The notes below the pieces were generated by a model. The model did not search any database. It saw only the letters and a program-made list of their open reading frames with translations, and was not told the origin of the DNA. A program made the translations under genes and the position numbers. From assembly GCA_019118585.1 (NCBI GenBank), contig DWYS01000033.1, positions 1-55,905 on the forward strand: a DNA stretch of 55,905 nucleotides, given 5' to 3'. Every line of letters starts with the position of its first letter. Position 1 is the stretch's first letter. Below, one piece after another: positions 8,228-19,201 of this stretch. Origin of the DNA: Candidatus Enterocloster faecavium (GTDB taxonomy: Bacteria; Bacillota; Clostridia; Lachnospirales; Lachnospiraceae).

Positions 8228-9298
8228 TTAGTAAACCCTTGCTCCCGATGCATCTACGTAATGTCCGTCGGGGGTGGTCCGGTTGGCGTACATGGCTCCG
8301 CTGGAGTCCATATAGTACCACTTGCCGTTGATAAAGTTCCAGCCCGTCTGCATGGCGCCGCTGGAATCCATATAATACCACACGTTGTTGATCAGCTGCC
8401 AGCCGCTCATCATAGCGCCGCTGCCCGGATTCAGATAGTACCAGTCTCCATCCACATACTGCCAGCCTGTGGTCATGTATCCGGAGCGGTCAAAATAATA
8501 CCAGGCTCCGTTAATCTCCTTCCAGCAGTTCGCCGGATAACCGCCGCCGCTGTAGGCGTACCACCATCTGCTGCCATCCGCTACCCATCTGCCGGTTCCG
8601 GCTCTGGCCGCCTCGTCCTCGTCTACATAGTATTCATCGGAATCGGAGGACCACTCGCCGGAGCGGTCATTGTAATCGGAAATTCCCCTTACCTTAAAGG
8701 TGTAATCCCCTTCTCTTGTGATACTTCCCGCAAAGTTGTAGTAGTTGTTCTCCGTCTCTACCGTAGTCACCGTGCTGCTCCCCCGGTACAGCCTCACCTC
8801 ATAGGTCTTGGCTCCGTCCAGATGGTCCCAGTGGGCAGTGGTCCCGTCCCACTCCAGGTTCTCCGGCGCGGTAAGCTTTCCGCCAATACGGTCCAGCTCC
8901 ACAGTCAGCACCATGTGGGAGTCGTCATCCTGCCGGTCCGCATCTTTAAATTCCGCCCCGCCTCCTTTTAAGTCAAAGTGGCTTTTGGACTCATAACCAA
9001 AGCGATAGCCATCGTTGGCGTCCAGCTCCACCCTCACCTCAGGCACATCTCCTACTGTCCAGGTATCGCCCGAATTGGTATATTCCGCGTAATCCACAGT
9101 AAACTGATTGCTGCTGGTCGTTACACGGATATCTCCGATCTCATCACCGCTGGTCGGCTCCTTGTCAAAGGAGAAATTCAGCGTTACCTTGTCAATTCGT
9201 TCCCGGTCATCCGCCGCCTGAACCGTAGCTGCGGCGGACAGTGCCATCACTGCGGCCAGCAGCAGTGCGCTGATTCGTTTTCCAGTGCGTTTCATCAT
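8228..9298 (-). CDS. Secreted protein with an FN3-like domain and C-terminal cell-wall/choline-binding repeats
   Basis: Signal peptide ending in AVQA-like site; 'APENLEW..AHWD..GAKTYEV..YTFKVRG' FN3-like segment; repeated 'TGW..INGxWYY..xSGAM' units. Confidence 0.85.
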   Translation of the reverse strand: MMKRTGKRISALLLAAVMALSAAATVQAADDRERIDKVTLNFSFDKEPTSGDEIGDIRVTTSSNQFTVDYAEYTNSGDTWTVGDVPEVRVELDANDGYRFGYESKSHFDLKGGGAEFKDADRQDDDSHMVLTVELDRIGGKLTAPENLEWDGTTAHWDHLDGAKTYEVRLYRGSSTVTTVETENNYYNFAGSITREGDYTFKVRGISDYNDRSGEWSSDSDEYYVDEDEAARAGTGRWVADGSRWWYAYSGGGYPANCWKEINGAWYYFDRSGYMTTGWQYVDGDWYYLNPGSGAMMSGWQLINNVWYYMDSSGAMQTGWNFINGKWYYMDSSGAMYANRTTPDGHYVDASGARVY

Positions 9299-9508
9299 AT
9301 ACGTCCCTCCTTGTTATTCATATATTTTGCTCATATTTCAACCTTTTGTATAAAAATATTATACAAAATCACACAATGGAATACTATTGATTTCACCTTA
9401 CAAGAATATTAAGTTTTTTTAACATTTGAATGCCGTTTTTTCCAGAATTTAACGTAACTTTTCCCAGAACAGCCAGATTTTTGTGCTGATTTTCATGCCG
9501 GCTTATAA

Positions 9509-9537
9509 TTGTATTCCTTCTTAATTTATGTTAAACT
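9509..9537 (+). promoter_or_regulatory. Putative sigma-A promoter for the activase gene
   Basis: TTGTAT-N17-TAAACT with a TG extended -10 element. Confidence 0.45.
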
Positions 9538-9662
9538 ATGATGCGCCGGCGGACTGCCGGCGGATGTTTCATTGTAACTGTTCAAGACGGTGCATCTTGT
9601 TTCACCGTCTGAGCTATTACGTTTCGATACAAAGGAGGTTTTGGGATCAACCCACGTTATTT

Positions 9663-12600
9663 ATGAGTTCATTACATACAAATTTAACACTAGGAATTGA
9701 CATCGGTTCCACCACCGTAAAAGTCGCCCTTCTGGATGAGAATCACAAAATTCTCTTTTCCGATTACGAGCGGCACTACGCGGATATCCAGAAAACTCTG
9801 GCCGGCCTTCTGCAGAAGGCTATGGACACCGTGGGGCCGGTCAGCGTTCTTCCCATGATTACCGGTTCCGGCGGACTGGCTCTTTCCTCCCATCTGGGCG
9901 TGCCCTTTATCCAGGAGGTGGTGGCGGTAGCCTCCGTCCTTCAGGACTATGCTCCCCGCACCGATGTGGCCATTGAGCTGGGCGGAGAGGACGCCAAGAT
10001 CATCTATTTCACCGGCGGCATCGACCAGCGGATGAACGGCATCTGCGCCGGCGGCACCGGCTCTTTCATCGACCAGATGGCTTCCCTGCTGCAGACCGAT
10101 GCTTCAGGGTTAAATGAATACGCCAAGAATTATAAGGCCATCTACCCCATCGCCGCCCGCTGCGGTGTATTTGCCAAGTCGGATATTCAGCCCTTGATCA
10201 ATGAAGGCGCCACCAGAGAGGATTTGGCTGCCTCCATTTTCCAGGCGGTAGTCAATCAGACCATCAGCGGTCTGGCCTGCGGCAAGCCCATCCGCGGCAA
10301 TGTAGCATTCCTGGGAGGCCCCCTTCATTTTCTTCCGGAGCTGAGGAAAGCTTTTATCCGCACCCTTCACCTGACGGGAGACCAGATCATCGCGCCGGAG
10401 CACTCCCACCTGTTTGCAGCCGTAGGCGCTGCCTTAAATCCCCAGGACGGGCAGGAGCCCCAGGAGCTGTCCTCCCTCATCGACCGTCTTTCCCACGGCA
10501 TCCAGATGGACTTCGAAGTTAAGCGCATGGAGCCTCTGTTTGTGGACCAGGCGGACTACGATGCCTTCTGCGAGCGCCACAACGGCCACAAGGTAAAGAC
10601 CGGAGATCTGGCTTCCTACAAAGGAAACTGCTATCTGGGGATCGACGCCGGCTCCACGACCACCAAGGTGGCCCTGGTGGGCGAGGACGGACAGCTCCTT
10701 TACCGGTTCTATGACAACAACCACGGAAGCCCTCTGGCCACGGCAATCCGTTCCATCAGCCAGATCAAGGAGCAGCTTCCCCCGGAGGCCAAGATCGTCC
10801 GTTCCTGTTCCACCGGATACGGCGAGGCTCTTCTGAAGGCAGCCCTTATGCTGGACGAGGGAGAGGTGGAGACCATCTCCCACTACTACGCCGCCGCGTT
10901 CTTCGAGCCGGATGTGGACTGCATCCTGGACATCGGCGGGCAGGATATGAAATGCATTAAGATCAAGGACGGCACCGTGGACAGCGTTCAGTTAAATGAA
11001 GCCTGCTCCTCCGGCTGCGGTTCCTTCATTGAGACCTTTGCCAAGAGCTTAAATTACAGCGTGGAGGATTTTGCAAAGGAAGCTCTTTTTGCCAAAAATC
11101 CCACGGACCTGGGAACCCGCTGCACCGTGTTCATGAATTCCAACGTAAAGCAGGCCCAGAAGGAGGGCGCCTCCGTGGCGGATATTTCTGCCGGATTGGC
11201 CTACTCCGTCATCAAAAACGCTCTGTTTAAGGTGATCAAGATCACAAAGGCCTCTGACCTGGGCTCCCATGTGGTGGTTCAGGGCGGCACCTTCTACAAC
11301 GATGCGGTGCTCAGAAGCTTTGAGAAAATTTCCGGCTGCAATGCGGTCCGCCCGGATATCGCCGGCATCATGGGAGCCTTCGGAGCCGCCCTCATTGCCA
11401 GAGAGCGGTATCACATGATTCCCGATGGCGAGGACCATTCCACCACCATGCTGCCCCTGGACAAGATCGTAAACTTAAAGTACACCACCTCCATGACCCG
11501 CTGCAAGGGCTGCAACAACCACTGCGTACTGACCATCAACCAGTTCGGCAGCGGCAGCCGCCGTTTCATCTCCGGAAACCGCTGCGAGCGGGGGCTGGGC
11601 ATCGAGAAATCCAAGAAGGAAGTTCCCAATCTGTTCGACTATAAGTACCACCGGATGTTTGACTACGAGTCTCTGCCGGAGGACGAGGCCTCCAGAGGAA
11701 TCGTGGGGATTCCCCGGGTCCTGAATATGTATGAAAACTTCCCCTTCTGGGCCGTTTTCTTCAAGAAGCTGGGCTTCCGGGTCATTTTATCCCCCCAGTC
11801 TACCAGACAGATTTATGAGCTTGGCATCGAGTCCATCCCCAGCGAATCCGAGTGCTACCCGGCCAAGCTGGTCCACGGACATATCAGCTGGCTCATCCGT
11901 CAGGGCGTGAAGACCATCTTCTACCCCTGCATCCCCTATGAGCGCAACGAGTCGCCGGATGCAGGAAACCACTACAACTGCCCCATGGTCACCTCCTATG
12001 CGGAGAACATCAAGAACAACGTGGAGGAGCTGGCGGAGAACAACGTCCGCTTCCTGAATCCTTTCATGGCCTTTACCAATGAGGAGATTTTGACCAATGA
12101 GCTGGTAAAGATCTTTGACAAGGAGTATCAGATTCCCGCCGCCGAGGTAAAGATGGCAGCCCACGCCGCCTGGGAGGAGCTGCTGGCCTCCCGCCACGAC
12201 ATGGAACAGAAGGGCGAGGAGACCCTGGCCTGGATGAAGGAGCACGGCCGCCGGGGAATCGTCCTGGCCGGACGTCCCTACCATGTGGACCCGGAGATCC
12301 ACCATGGAATTCCGGATCTGATCACCTCCTACGGTTTTGCCGTGCTGACCGAAGACTCTGTCTCCCACCTCGGAAAGGTGGAGCGGCCTCTGGTGGTGAC
12401 GGACCAGTGGATGTATCACTCCCGTCTCTACGCTGCAGCCAGCTTTGTAAAGACACAGGACAACCTGGATCTGATTCAGCTCAACTCCTTTGGCTGCGGG
12501 CTGGACGCGGTAACCACGGACCAGGTGGCGGACATCCTCACCCATTCCGGCAAAATTTATACGGTGCTGAAAATCGATGAGGTCAACAATCTGGGAGCCG

Positions 12601-13943
12601 CCAGGATCCGCATCCGTTCCCTCATCGCTGCCCTGCGGGTAAGAGACCAGAAGCACTATGAGCGCCATGTGGTGTCCAGCGCCTACAACCGGGTTCTGTT
12701 CACCAAAGACATGAAAAAGGACTACACTCTGCTGTGTCCCCAGATGTCCCCCATTCATTTTGATCTAATTGAGCCGGCCATCCGGGCCTTCGGCTACAAG
12801 CTGGAGGTGCTGCAGAATCATAACCGCAACGCGGTAGATGTAGGACTTCAGTACGTCAACAACGACGCCTGCTACCCCTCCTTAATCGTCATCGGCCAGA
12901 TTATGGACGCCCTGCTGTCCGGCAAGTACGACCTGGACCACACTGCAGTGGTCATGAGCCAGACCGGCGGCGGCTGCCGCGCTTCCAACTACATCGGATT
13001 TATCCGGAGAGCTCTGGAGAAAGCCGGTATGGGCCAGGTACCTGTCATCTCCGTCAACGCCAACGGCATGGAGACCAATCCGGGCTTTTCCATCACCCTG
13101 CCTATGCTGACCAAGGCCATGCAGGCGGTCGTCTACGGCGACATTTTCATGCGGGTGCTCTACGCTACTCGCCCCTACGAGAAGGAGCCCGGAAGCGCCA
13201 ACGCCCTTCACGAGAAATGGAAGGCCCGGTGCATCAAGTCCCTGTCCAAGAGGAGCGCGGCCATGATGGAATTTTCCAGAAATGTCCGGGGCATCATCCG
13301 GGATTTTGACGCCCTGCCCAGGCTGGATATCAAAAAGCCAAAAGTAGGCATCGTGGGAGAGATCCTGGTAAAGTTCTCCCCCCTGGCCAACAACCATATC
13401 GTGGACCTGCTGGAAAGCGAGGGAGCAGAGGCGGTAATGCCGGATCTGATGGATTTCCTCCTTTACAGCTTCTACAACAGCAACTTTAAGGCGGAACACC
13501 TGGGGACCAAGCGCTCCACCGCCCATCTGTGCAACGCGGGGATCGCTCTTTTGGAGTACTTCCGCAAGACGGCCAAGAAGGAACTTTCCGCCAGCAAGCA
13601 TTTTACTCCGCCTTCCAATATCAATGAGCTGGCACAGATGGCCAAAGGCTTTGTGTCCCTGGGCAACCAGACCGGCGAGGGATGGTTCCTTACCGGCGAG
13701 ATGCTGGAGCTGATTCACAGCGGAGTAAACAACATCGTGTGCACCCAGCCCTTCGGCTGTCTGCCCAACCACATCGTGGGCAAGGGCGTTATCAAGGAGC
13801 TGAGGCGCCATTACCCGCAGTCCAATATCATTGCCGTGGACTATGACCCCGGCGCCAGCGAGGTAAACCAGCTGAACCGGATTAAGCTCATGCTGGCAAC
13901 GGCTCAGAAAAATTTGAAGAAGGAGGCGGCGGCGACGGTGTAG
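9663..13943 (+). CDS. Fused 2-hydroxyacyl-CoA dehydratase activase-related protein (two ASKHA activase domains plus two dehydratase-like domains)
   Basis: Two GID.GSTT.K / ..GG.D.K / CA.G.GSF activase repeats, then C-terminal domains with 'ECYPAK', 'NSFGCG', 'ACYP' and 'QPFGCLPNH'. The start was moved from 9528 to ATG 9663, where homology begins. Confidence 0.85.
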   Translation: MSSLHTNLTLGIDIGSTTVKVALLDENHKILFSDYERHYADIQKTLAGLLQKAMDTVGPVSVLPMITGSGGLALSSHLGVPFIQEVVAVASVLQDYAPRTDVAIELGGEDAKIIYFTGGIDQRMNGICAGGTGSFIDQMASLLQTDASGLNEYAKNYKAIYPIAARCGVFAKSDIQPLINEGATREDLAASIFQAVVNQTISGLACGKPIRGNVAFLGGPLHFLPELRKAFIRTLHLTGDQIIAPEHSHLFAAVGAALNPQDGQEPQELSSLIDRLSHGIQMDFEVKRMEPLFVDQADYDAFCERHNGHKVKTGDLASYKGNCYLGIDAGSTTTKVALVGEDGQLLYRFYDNNHGSPLATAIRSISQIKEQLPPEAKIVRSCSTGYGEALLKAALMLDEGEVETISHYYAAAFFEPDVDCILDIGGQDMKCIKIKDGTVDSVQLNEACSSGCGSFIETFAKSLNYSVEDFAKEALFAKNPTDLGTRCTVFMNSNVKQAQKEGASVADISAGLAYSVIKNALFKVIKITKASDLGSHVVVQGGTFYNDAVLRSFEKISGCNAVRPDIAGIMGAFGAALIARERYHMIPDGEDHSTTMLPLDKIVNLKYTTSMTRCKGCNNHCVLTINQFGSGSRRFISGNRCERGLGIEKSKKEVPNLFDYKYHRMFDYESLPEDEASRGIVGIPRVLNMYENFPFWAVFFKKLGFRVILSPQSTRQIYELGIESIPSESECYPAKLVHGHISWLIRQGVKTIFYPCIPYERNESPDAGNHYNCPMVTSYAENIKNNVEELAENNVRFLNPFMAFTNEEILTNELVKIFDKEYQIPAAEVKMAAHAAWEELLASRHDMEQKGEETLAWMKEHGRRGIVLAGRPYHVDPEIHHGIPDLITSYGFAVLTEDSVSHLGKVERPLVVTDQWMYHSRLYAAASFVKTQDNLDLIQLNSFGCGLDAVTTDQVADILTHSGKIYTVLKIDEVNNLGAARIRIRSLIAALRVRDQKHYERHVVSSAYNRVLFTKDMKKDYTLLCPQMSPIHFDLIEPAIRAFGYKLEVLQNHNRNAVDVGLQYVNNDACYPSLIVIGQIMDALLSGKYDLDHTAVVMSQTGGGCRASNYIGFIRRALEKAGMGQVPVISVNANGMETNPGFSITLPMLTKAMQAVVYGDIFMRVLYATRPYEKEPGSANALHEKWKARCIKSLSKRSAAMMEFSRNVRGIIRDFDALPRLDIKKPKVGIVGEILVKFSPLANNHIVDLLESEGAEAVMPDLMDFLLYSFYNSNFKAEHLGTKRSTAHLCNAGIALLEYFRKTAKKELSASKHFTPPSNINELAQMAKGFVSLGNQTGEGWFLTGEMLELIHSGVNNIVCTQPFGCLPNHIVGKGVIKELRRHYPQSNIIAVDYDPGASEVNQLNRIKLMLATAQKNLKKEAAATV

Positions 13944-13963
13944 GCCGCAGGATCCTGTAAAGC

Positions 13964-14015
13964 AAAAGAGATTCCCTTTCAGCAGTTTTGCGCTGCCGGG
14001 AGGGAATCTCTTTTT
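13964..14015. terminator. Bidirectional intrinsic terminator
   Basis: Stem AAAAGAGATTCCCT/AGGGAATCTCTTTT between the convergent activase and glyA genes. Confidence 0.8.
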
Positions 14016-14028
14016 ATTAATTATTTCT

Positions 14029-15288
14029 TTACTGATACAGCGGATACTTGTCACAAAGCTTCGTTACCTCATCGCGGATATAGTCGGCCTTGTTCTCAAA
14101 GTCTGTTGCAGCCAGCCAGATGCACTCGGCAATCTTGGCCATATCTTCCTCAACCAGCCCTCTTGTGGTGACGGCGGGAGTTCCGATGCGGACACCGGAG
14201 GTCACAAAGGGGCTTCTGGGATCATTGGGCACCGTGTTCTTGTTCAGAGTAATGTACACTTCGTCGCAGCGGTTCTGAAGCTCTTTTCCTGAAATTTCCA
14301 TTCCTCTCAGGTCAACCAGCATCAGATGGTTGTCCGTACCGCCGGTGAGGATCTTAAAGCCCTGCTTCTGAAGAGCCTCTGCCAGAGCCTTGGCGTTTTT
14401 CACAACCTGGTGCTGATATGCCTTGAATTCCGGCTTTAAAGCTTCTCCCAGGCATACGGCCTTAGCCGCAATGACATGCTCCAAAGGTCCGCCCTGGGTT
14501 CCCGGGAAGATGGCCTTGTTGAAGTTGAACTTCTCGGCGGCTTCCTTATTTGCCAGGATCATTCCGCCTCTGGGGCCTCTTAAAGTCTTATGGGTGGTGG
14601 TGGTCACCACATCTGCATAGGGGATGGGACTGGGATGCTCGCCTGCCGCTACCAGCCCGGCAATGTGGGCCATATCCACCATCAGATAAGCCCCTACCTT
14701 GTCGGCCACCTCGCGGAAACGCTTGAAGTCAATGGTTCTGGCATAGGCGCTGGCTCCGGCGATGATCAGTTTAGGCTTGGACTCAACCGCAATCCTCTCC
14801 AGTTCATCGTAGTCAATGTAGCCCTCGTCGTTTACACCGTAAGGAACAATGTTGAAATACAGTCCGGAGAAGTTTACAGGGCTTCCGTGAGTCAGATGTC
14901 CGCCGTGATTCAAATTCATTCCAAGAACCGTATCTCCCGGTTTCAGCATAGCCAGAAATACTGCCATATTGGCCTGAGCTCCGGAGTGGGGCTGTACGTT
15001 GGCGTAGTCGCAGCCAAACAGCTTCTTGGCTCTCTCAATGGCCAGATTTTCCACTACATCCACCCACTGGCAGCCGCCGTAGTAGCGCTTTCCCGGATAG
15101 CCTTCCGCATATTTATTGGTCAGTACCGTTCCCATTGCCATCATCACCGGCTCCGACACGATGTTTTCCGAAGCGATCAGCTCCAGGTTGCGTCTCTGGC
15201 GGGCGCATTCTGCCTGAATGGCCTCTCCCACTTCTTTGTCGTAGCCGGCGATCAAATCCATAACCTCATTAACCACTTGTGTACCCAT
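14029..15288 (-). CDS. glyA: Serine hydroxymethyltransferase
   Basis: [46 protein letters not shown]. Start placed at ATG 15288 behind AAAGGAAAGG (GTG 15276 is also possible); the ORF-track start at 15366 falls in the promoter. Confidence 0.97.
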   Translation of the reverse strand: MGTQVVNEVMDLIAGYDKEVGEAIQAECARQRRNLELIASENIVSEPVMMAMGTVLTNKYAEGYPGKRYYGGCQWVDVVENLAIERAKKLFGCDYANVQPHSGAQANMAVFLAMLKPGDTVLGMNLNHGGHLTHGSPVNFSGLYFNIVPYGVNDEGYIDYDELERIAVESKPKLIIAGASAYARTIDFKRFREVADKVGAYLMVDMAHIAGLVAAGEHPSPIPYADVVTTTTHKTLRGPRGGMILANKEAAEKFNFNKAIFPGTQGGPLEHVIAAKAVCLGEALKPEFKAYQHQVVKNAKALAEALQKQGFKILTGGTDNHLMLVDLRGMEISGKELQNRCDEVYITLNKNTVPNDPRSPFVTSGVRIGTPAVTTRGLVEEDMAKIAECIWLAATDFENKADYIRDEVTKLCDKYPLYQ

Positions 15289-15337
15289 CCTTTCCTTTGT
15301 TGCGTCTGTGAACTTGTTGTAATGATCCTTTTCTGCG

Positions 15338-15366
15338 ATTATAGCGTTGGATGGGAAATGTGTCAA
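15338..15366 (-). promoter_or_regulatory. Consensus sigma-A promoter of glyA
   Basis: Minus strand TTGACA-N17-TATAAT. Confidence 0.8.
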
Positions 15367-15548
15367 GTAAAAGGGGCCAGACTACAGCTAATTTTCTGTA
15401 TAATCTTCGCTTTTTATTAATATAAACTTCATATACTTTCTATATCATTCATATTTTATTCACATTTTCATCACATCTATCCTCTAATATGAATATTGTT
15501 ATCAAAATATGAACTTTTTGTCAACATATCAAAGGAGAGGAGATCATT

Positions 15549-15905
15549 ATGAAAAAGAATTTGAAGAAGTATGGGATTGCTGTTATGGCCGCCGCTATGC
15601 TGGCTGGTTCTGTAACTGCCTGCGGCGGAAGCGATGAGAAGGAGACGACCGTTGCCGAGACAGAAGCCGTAGAGGAGACCACCGAGGCCGCCAAGGAGTC
15701 CTCTGAGGAGGCGTCTGCTGAAGATGAGTCTGTTGAGGCAGAGGCTGAGGATGAATCCTCTGAGGCTGCCGAAGGCGAGTCCGATGCGGAGGCTGCTGAG
15801 GATGAGTCCGCTGAGGCTTCCGAGGAGGAGACCGCCGAGGCTGAGGCTGAGGAAACTCCCGCAGAGTCTGCAGAAGAAGAGGCCGCAGAATCGTCTGCCG
15901 AATAA
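15549..15905 (+). CDS. Small, highly acidic low-complexity lipoprotein
   Basis: AAGGAGAGGAG RBS; Lys-rich N-terminus, hydrophobic core and lipobox VTA-C; mature part is almost entirely E/A/S/D/T; followed by a terminator. Confidence 0.85.
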   Translation: MKKNLKKYGIAVMAAAMLAGSVTACGGSDEKETTVAETEAVEETTEAAKESSEEASAEDESVEAEAEDESSEAAEGESDAEAAEDESAEASEEETAEAEAEETPAESAEEEAAESSAE

Positions 15906-15928
15906 TCCAGAAGATACTTTAAGATTGT

Positions 15929-15986
15929 AAAAACTGCCGCTCCCACGGCAAACCGTCAAGGATTTGCCTGGGCTGCGGCAGTTTTT
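15929..15986. terminator. Bidirectional terminator between the lipoprotein gene and recJ
   Basis: Outer stem AAAAACTGCCGC/GCGGCAGTTTTT with an inner GGCAAA/TTTGCC pairing. Confidence 0.75.
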
Positions 15987-16077
15987 CTGCATTCATTGTT
16001 ATTAAATTTTCCCATTCCCCAGTCTCTAAATCGATGGACAATGCTGGCTGAAGGCTAGATTTCCAACACTTCAGGCT

Positions 16078-17805
16078 TCACCCCCGAAACTTCCAATTCC
16101 TCACCACAATCTGCACGGTCCTCCGCCCATTGTACTCATTCACGGTGGGATAATACACCACATCCATCCGGCGGCTGTTTCCCATTTCCTCCAGAAACAG
16201 ATCCCCGTCCGTAAACACCACCGCATCCAAAGCGGCGCCCCTCTCATTGACCAGCATGAGCTTCACCACATTCCGGTTTTTTCCCATGACCCGGGCGCTG
16301 CGGACCAGCAGATTCTTCTGGGCAAACTGGGGCTTCTCATTCCCCTGGCCGAAGGGTTCCAGCCGCTCCAGTTCCTCAATCAGGGCTTCATCCACATACT
16401 CAAAGGGCAGTGCAATATCAATCCACACCTTGGGGATAAAATCCTCCGGCGTCAGCTTCGCGTTCTCATTGAGCCTCCGGCGAAACTCGTCCACATTTTC
16501 CAGGGGCAGGGAAAATCCCGCCGCCATGGGATGTCCCCCGAACTTGGTCAGCAAATCCTGCACCTCCACCAGGCCCTGAAACATATGGTAGGCCTCGATG
16601 GAACGGCCGGAGCCCTTTGCCCCCTCCTCGGAATGGGTGAGGATCAGCGTGGGCTTGTGGTACCGCTCCCGAATCCGCCCCGCCACAATCCCCGCCAGCG
16701 ACTCATGGCAGTCCGGCAGAAATACCACCAGGACCTTATCCTCCATATAGCGCTCCTCCACCTGGACAGCGGCCTCGTCCACTCCTTTCTGGGTCATGTC
16801 CTTTCGCTGATCGTTCAGGTTCTTCAGCTCAAGTGCCCGTTCTCTGGCCTTCTCCTCGTTCTCCGCCAGCAGCAGAGCCAGGGCCAGCTTTGCCGTATAA
16901 AGCCTTCCCCCCGCGTTCAGGCAGGGTCCGATGACAAAGCCGATGTGGTAGGCGGAAATCTTCTCCGGGTCCAGCTGATTCGCCTCGATCAGCGCTCTGA
17001 GACCCAGATTTTTCGTATCCTTCAGCCTCTTAAGCCCTTCCTTCACCACGATCCGGTTTTCATCCTGGAGCTTCATCACATCTCCGACTGTGGACACCGC
17101 GGCCAGCTCCATCATATCCAGCCACTCCGCTCTGGGAATACCGGCCCGCTCATACATGACCTGGATCAGCTTGTAGGCCACCATAGCGCCGCAGATTTGA
17201 GGATAGGGATACATGCTGTCCCGCCGTTTGGGATTCACCAGCGCATCCGCAGGCGGGAGAAGGTCCTCCTCTTTTCCATCCTCCGACACGACTGTCTGGA
17301 TATCATGATGGTCCGTCACCACCACCGTCATTCCCAGTTCCTTTGCCAGGGCAATCTGGGAAATGGCGGCAATACCGTTGTCACAGGTGAGGATCGTGTC
17401 GATTCCATCTTCTGACGCGGCCTGGATAATGGACTCGTTGATCCCGTATCCGTCCTTCACCCGGTCCGGAATTTCATAGTCCACCTTTACACCCAGCCGC
17501 TTTAAACCCTGGTAAAGGATACAGGTGGAGCAGACGCCGTCAATGTCGTAATCTCCCACAATGCGGACCGGCGCCCCGGCTGAAATCTTCTGCTCCAGAA
17601 TCCCGGCAGCCAGCGTCAGATCCGGCAGCAGCTCAGGGCTGTGCATCTGGTCCACCGTACCGTTCAGATACCGCTCAATGGCCTCATCTCCAACCACATC
17701 CCGGTTGCGGATCAGCCTGGCCAAAATAGGGCTTATATGAAATTTATGGCCGATTTCCTGGAAATCGGCCTTTTTTGCGTACAACATCCATGTTTCTTCT
17801 GTCAT
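16078..17805 (-). CDS. recJ: Single-stranded DNA exonuclease RecJ
   Basis: DHH motifs GDYDIDG, TCDNG, TDHH and DHHA1 motif KFGGHPMAAG. Start ATG 17805 overlaps the brnQ stop (ATGA). Confidence 0.95.
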   Translation of the reverse strand: MTEETWMLYAKKADFQEIGHKFHISPILARLIRNRDVVGDEAIERYLNGTVDQMHSPELLPDLTLAAGILEQKISAGAPVRIVGDYDIDGVCSTCILYQGLKRLGVKVDYEIPDRVKDGYGINESIIQAASEDGIDTILTCDNGIAAISQIALAKELGMTVVVTDHHDIQTVVSEDGKEEDLLPPADALVNPKRRDSMYPYPQICGAMVAYKLIQVMYERAGIPRAEWLDMMELAAVSTVGDVMKLQDENRIVVKEGLKRLKDTKNLGLRALIEANQLDPEKISAYHIGFVIGPCLNAGGRLYTAKLALALLLAENEEKARERALELKNLNDQRKDMTQKGVDEAAVQVEERYMEDKVLVVFLPDCHESLAGIVAGRIRERYHKPTLILTHSEEGAKGSGRSIEAYHMFQGLVEVQDLLTKFGGHPMAAGFSLPLENVDEFRRRLNENAKLTPEDFIPKVWIDIALPFEYVDEALIEELERLEPFGQGNEKPQFAQKNLLVRSARVMGKNRNVVKLMLVNERGAALDAVVFTDGDLFLEEMGNSRRMDVVYYPTVNEYNGRRTVQIVVRNWKFRG

Positions 17806-19160
17806 GTTCTTTGTCCATCCTCTGCTTTCTCTGAGGGTTTCCCCCGAATGCTCCAAACTGCAAATCCGATCAAAATCCCTGCTGCTCCCGGAAGGATCCA
17901 CCCCAGGCCCAGTCCATAGCCCGGCAGCCAGCCCAGGACCGTCTCGATCGTCCCCCTGGCCGTCTCTCCTAAGGCCCCGCTCTGTTCCAGAGCATAAATC
18001 AGACTGACGATTCCTGTACAAAGCACAGCTCCTACATAGAGCTCCCTTCTTCCGCGGACGGCCCGGTCAGCCAGGGCCAGGAAAATCAGGATAATCGCTA
18101 CCGGATAAATGGCATTCAGCACCGGAACCGATACCGCCAGGATCTGAGTCAGGCCCGCATTGGACACCGCCATACTCACCAGGGCAAAAATCATAACCCA
18201 GCCCTTATAGCCGGGCGCCGGCACCAGGGTAACGAAATATTCACTGCAGCAGCACAGAAGTCCGACGCAGGTATTCAGGCAGGCGATAAGAAAAATCAGT
18301 CCCAGAAGCGTCATTCCCAGCTGTCCGTACAGACTGTCCGCTACCAGCGTCAAAATTCTGGCTCCATTATCCGCCTGCGGGAGAGCCCAGCCCATAGGCG
18401 TTCCGATGTAGGCCAGAGCACTGTAGATCAGCCCCATCAGGATTCCAGCCGCCGCCCCTGCCCAGATGGTCTCCCGCAAAATCATGTACTCTTCCTTCAC
18501 ACCCTTTTCCCGGATGTTCAAGCCGATCACTACCCCGAAATTCAGAGCTGCCATGGTATCCATTGTCTGGTATCCCTCCAGGAACCCGCGAACAGAAGGA
18601 TTGTCCGCATAGGCAGCCTGGGCCGGTCCCGGCACACCTGACGGCCAGATCAGGCAGCCTGCAAAGATCACGCCGATCAAGATCAGAAGTGCAGGGCAGA
18701 GAACCTTTCCCAGTGTGTCGGAAAGGCGCTCCGGCTTCGCCGCCAGAAAAGCGGAGGCCGCAAAAAAGACAATCGAATAGATCAGCCTGGCCAGCCGCTC
18801 CGTTTCCCCGCTCCGGCCAATATAGGGCAGCACCGCCATCTCAAAGGAAGTGCTGGCTGTTCTGGGGATGGCCAGACAGGGGCCGATGGACAGGTAGACC
18901 AAAAGCACAAAGAAAAAGGCAAATCTGCGGCTTACCCTTCCCGCAAGGTTTGGCAGGCCGCCGCTCAAAGCCACAGCAGCCACCCCCAGCACCGGAAGTC
19001 CTACTGCGCTGATCAAGAAGCCGGCCATAGCCGCAATGGTCTTTTCCCCGGCCATGGCTCCCAAAAAGGGCGGAAAAATCAGATTCCCCGCCCCGAAAAA
19101 CATTGAAAACAATGTAAATCCAATCAATAACCGGTTGTGGCCTGATAATCGGTTCTTCAT
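17802..19160 (-). CDS. brnQ: Branched-chain amino acid transporter (LIVCS family)
   Basis: FSMFFGAGNLIFPP, GP.LAIPRTA, GYQTMD, ACLNTCVGL. Confidence 0.95.
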   Translation of the reverse strand: MKNRLSGHNRLLIGFTLFSMFFGAGNLIFPPFLGAMAGEKTIAAMAGFLISAVGLPVLGVAAVALSGGLPNLAGRVSRRFAFFFVLLVYLSIGPCLAIPRTASTSFEMAVLPYIGRSGETERLARLIYSIVFFAASAFLAAKPERLSDTLGKVLCPALLILIGVIFAGCLIWPSGVPGPAQAAYADNPSVRGFLEGYQTMDTMAALNFGVVIGLNIREKGVKEEYMILRETIWAGAAAGILMGLIYSALAYIGTPMGWALPQADNGARILTLVADSLYGQLGMTLLGLIFLIACLNTCVGLLCCCSEYFVTLVPAPGYKGWVMIFALVSMAVSNAGLTQILAVSVPVLNAIYPVAIILIFLALADRAVRGRRELYVGAVLCTGIVSLIYALEQSGALGETARGTIETVLGWLPGYGLGLGWILPGAAGILIGFAVWSIRGKPSEKAEDGQRT

Positions 19161-19201
19161 ATGTGTACTCCAATTTTTTCTTTATACCAGCTTTGATCCC
19201 T

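Noticed and set aside
8042-8971. 309-aa plus-strand ORF that could be a continuation of doc
   Set aside because: Different frame, no Fic motif, crosses a terminator and is antisense to the cell-wall-binding protein.
15521-15946. Ser/Ala-rich 141-aa minus-strand ORF
   Set aside because: Mirror of the Glu/Ala-rich lipoprotein; the plus-strand frame has the RBS, signal peptide and lipobox.
17806-18021. N-terminal extension of RecJ in the ORF track (also the extensions of glyA, the activase and the ECF ATPase)
   Set aside because: These overlap neighbouring genes or promoters; downstream starts fit homology and, for glyA and the ATPase, the RBS better.
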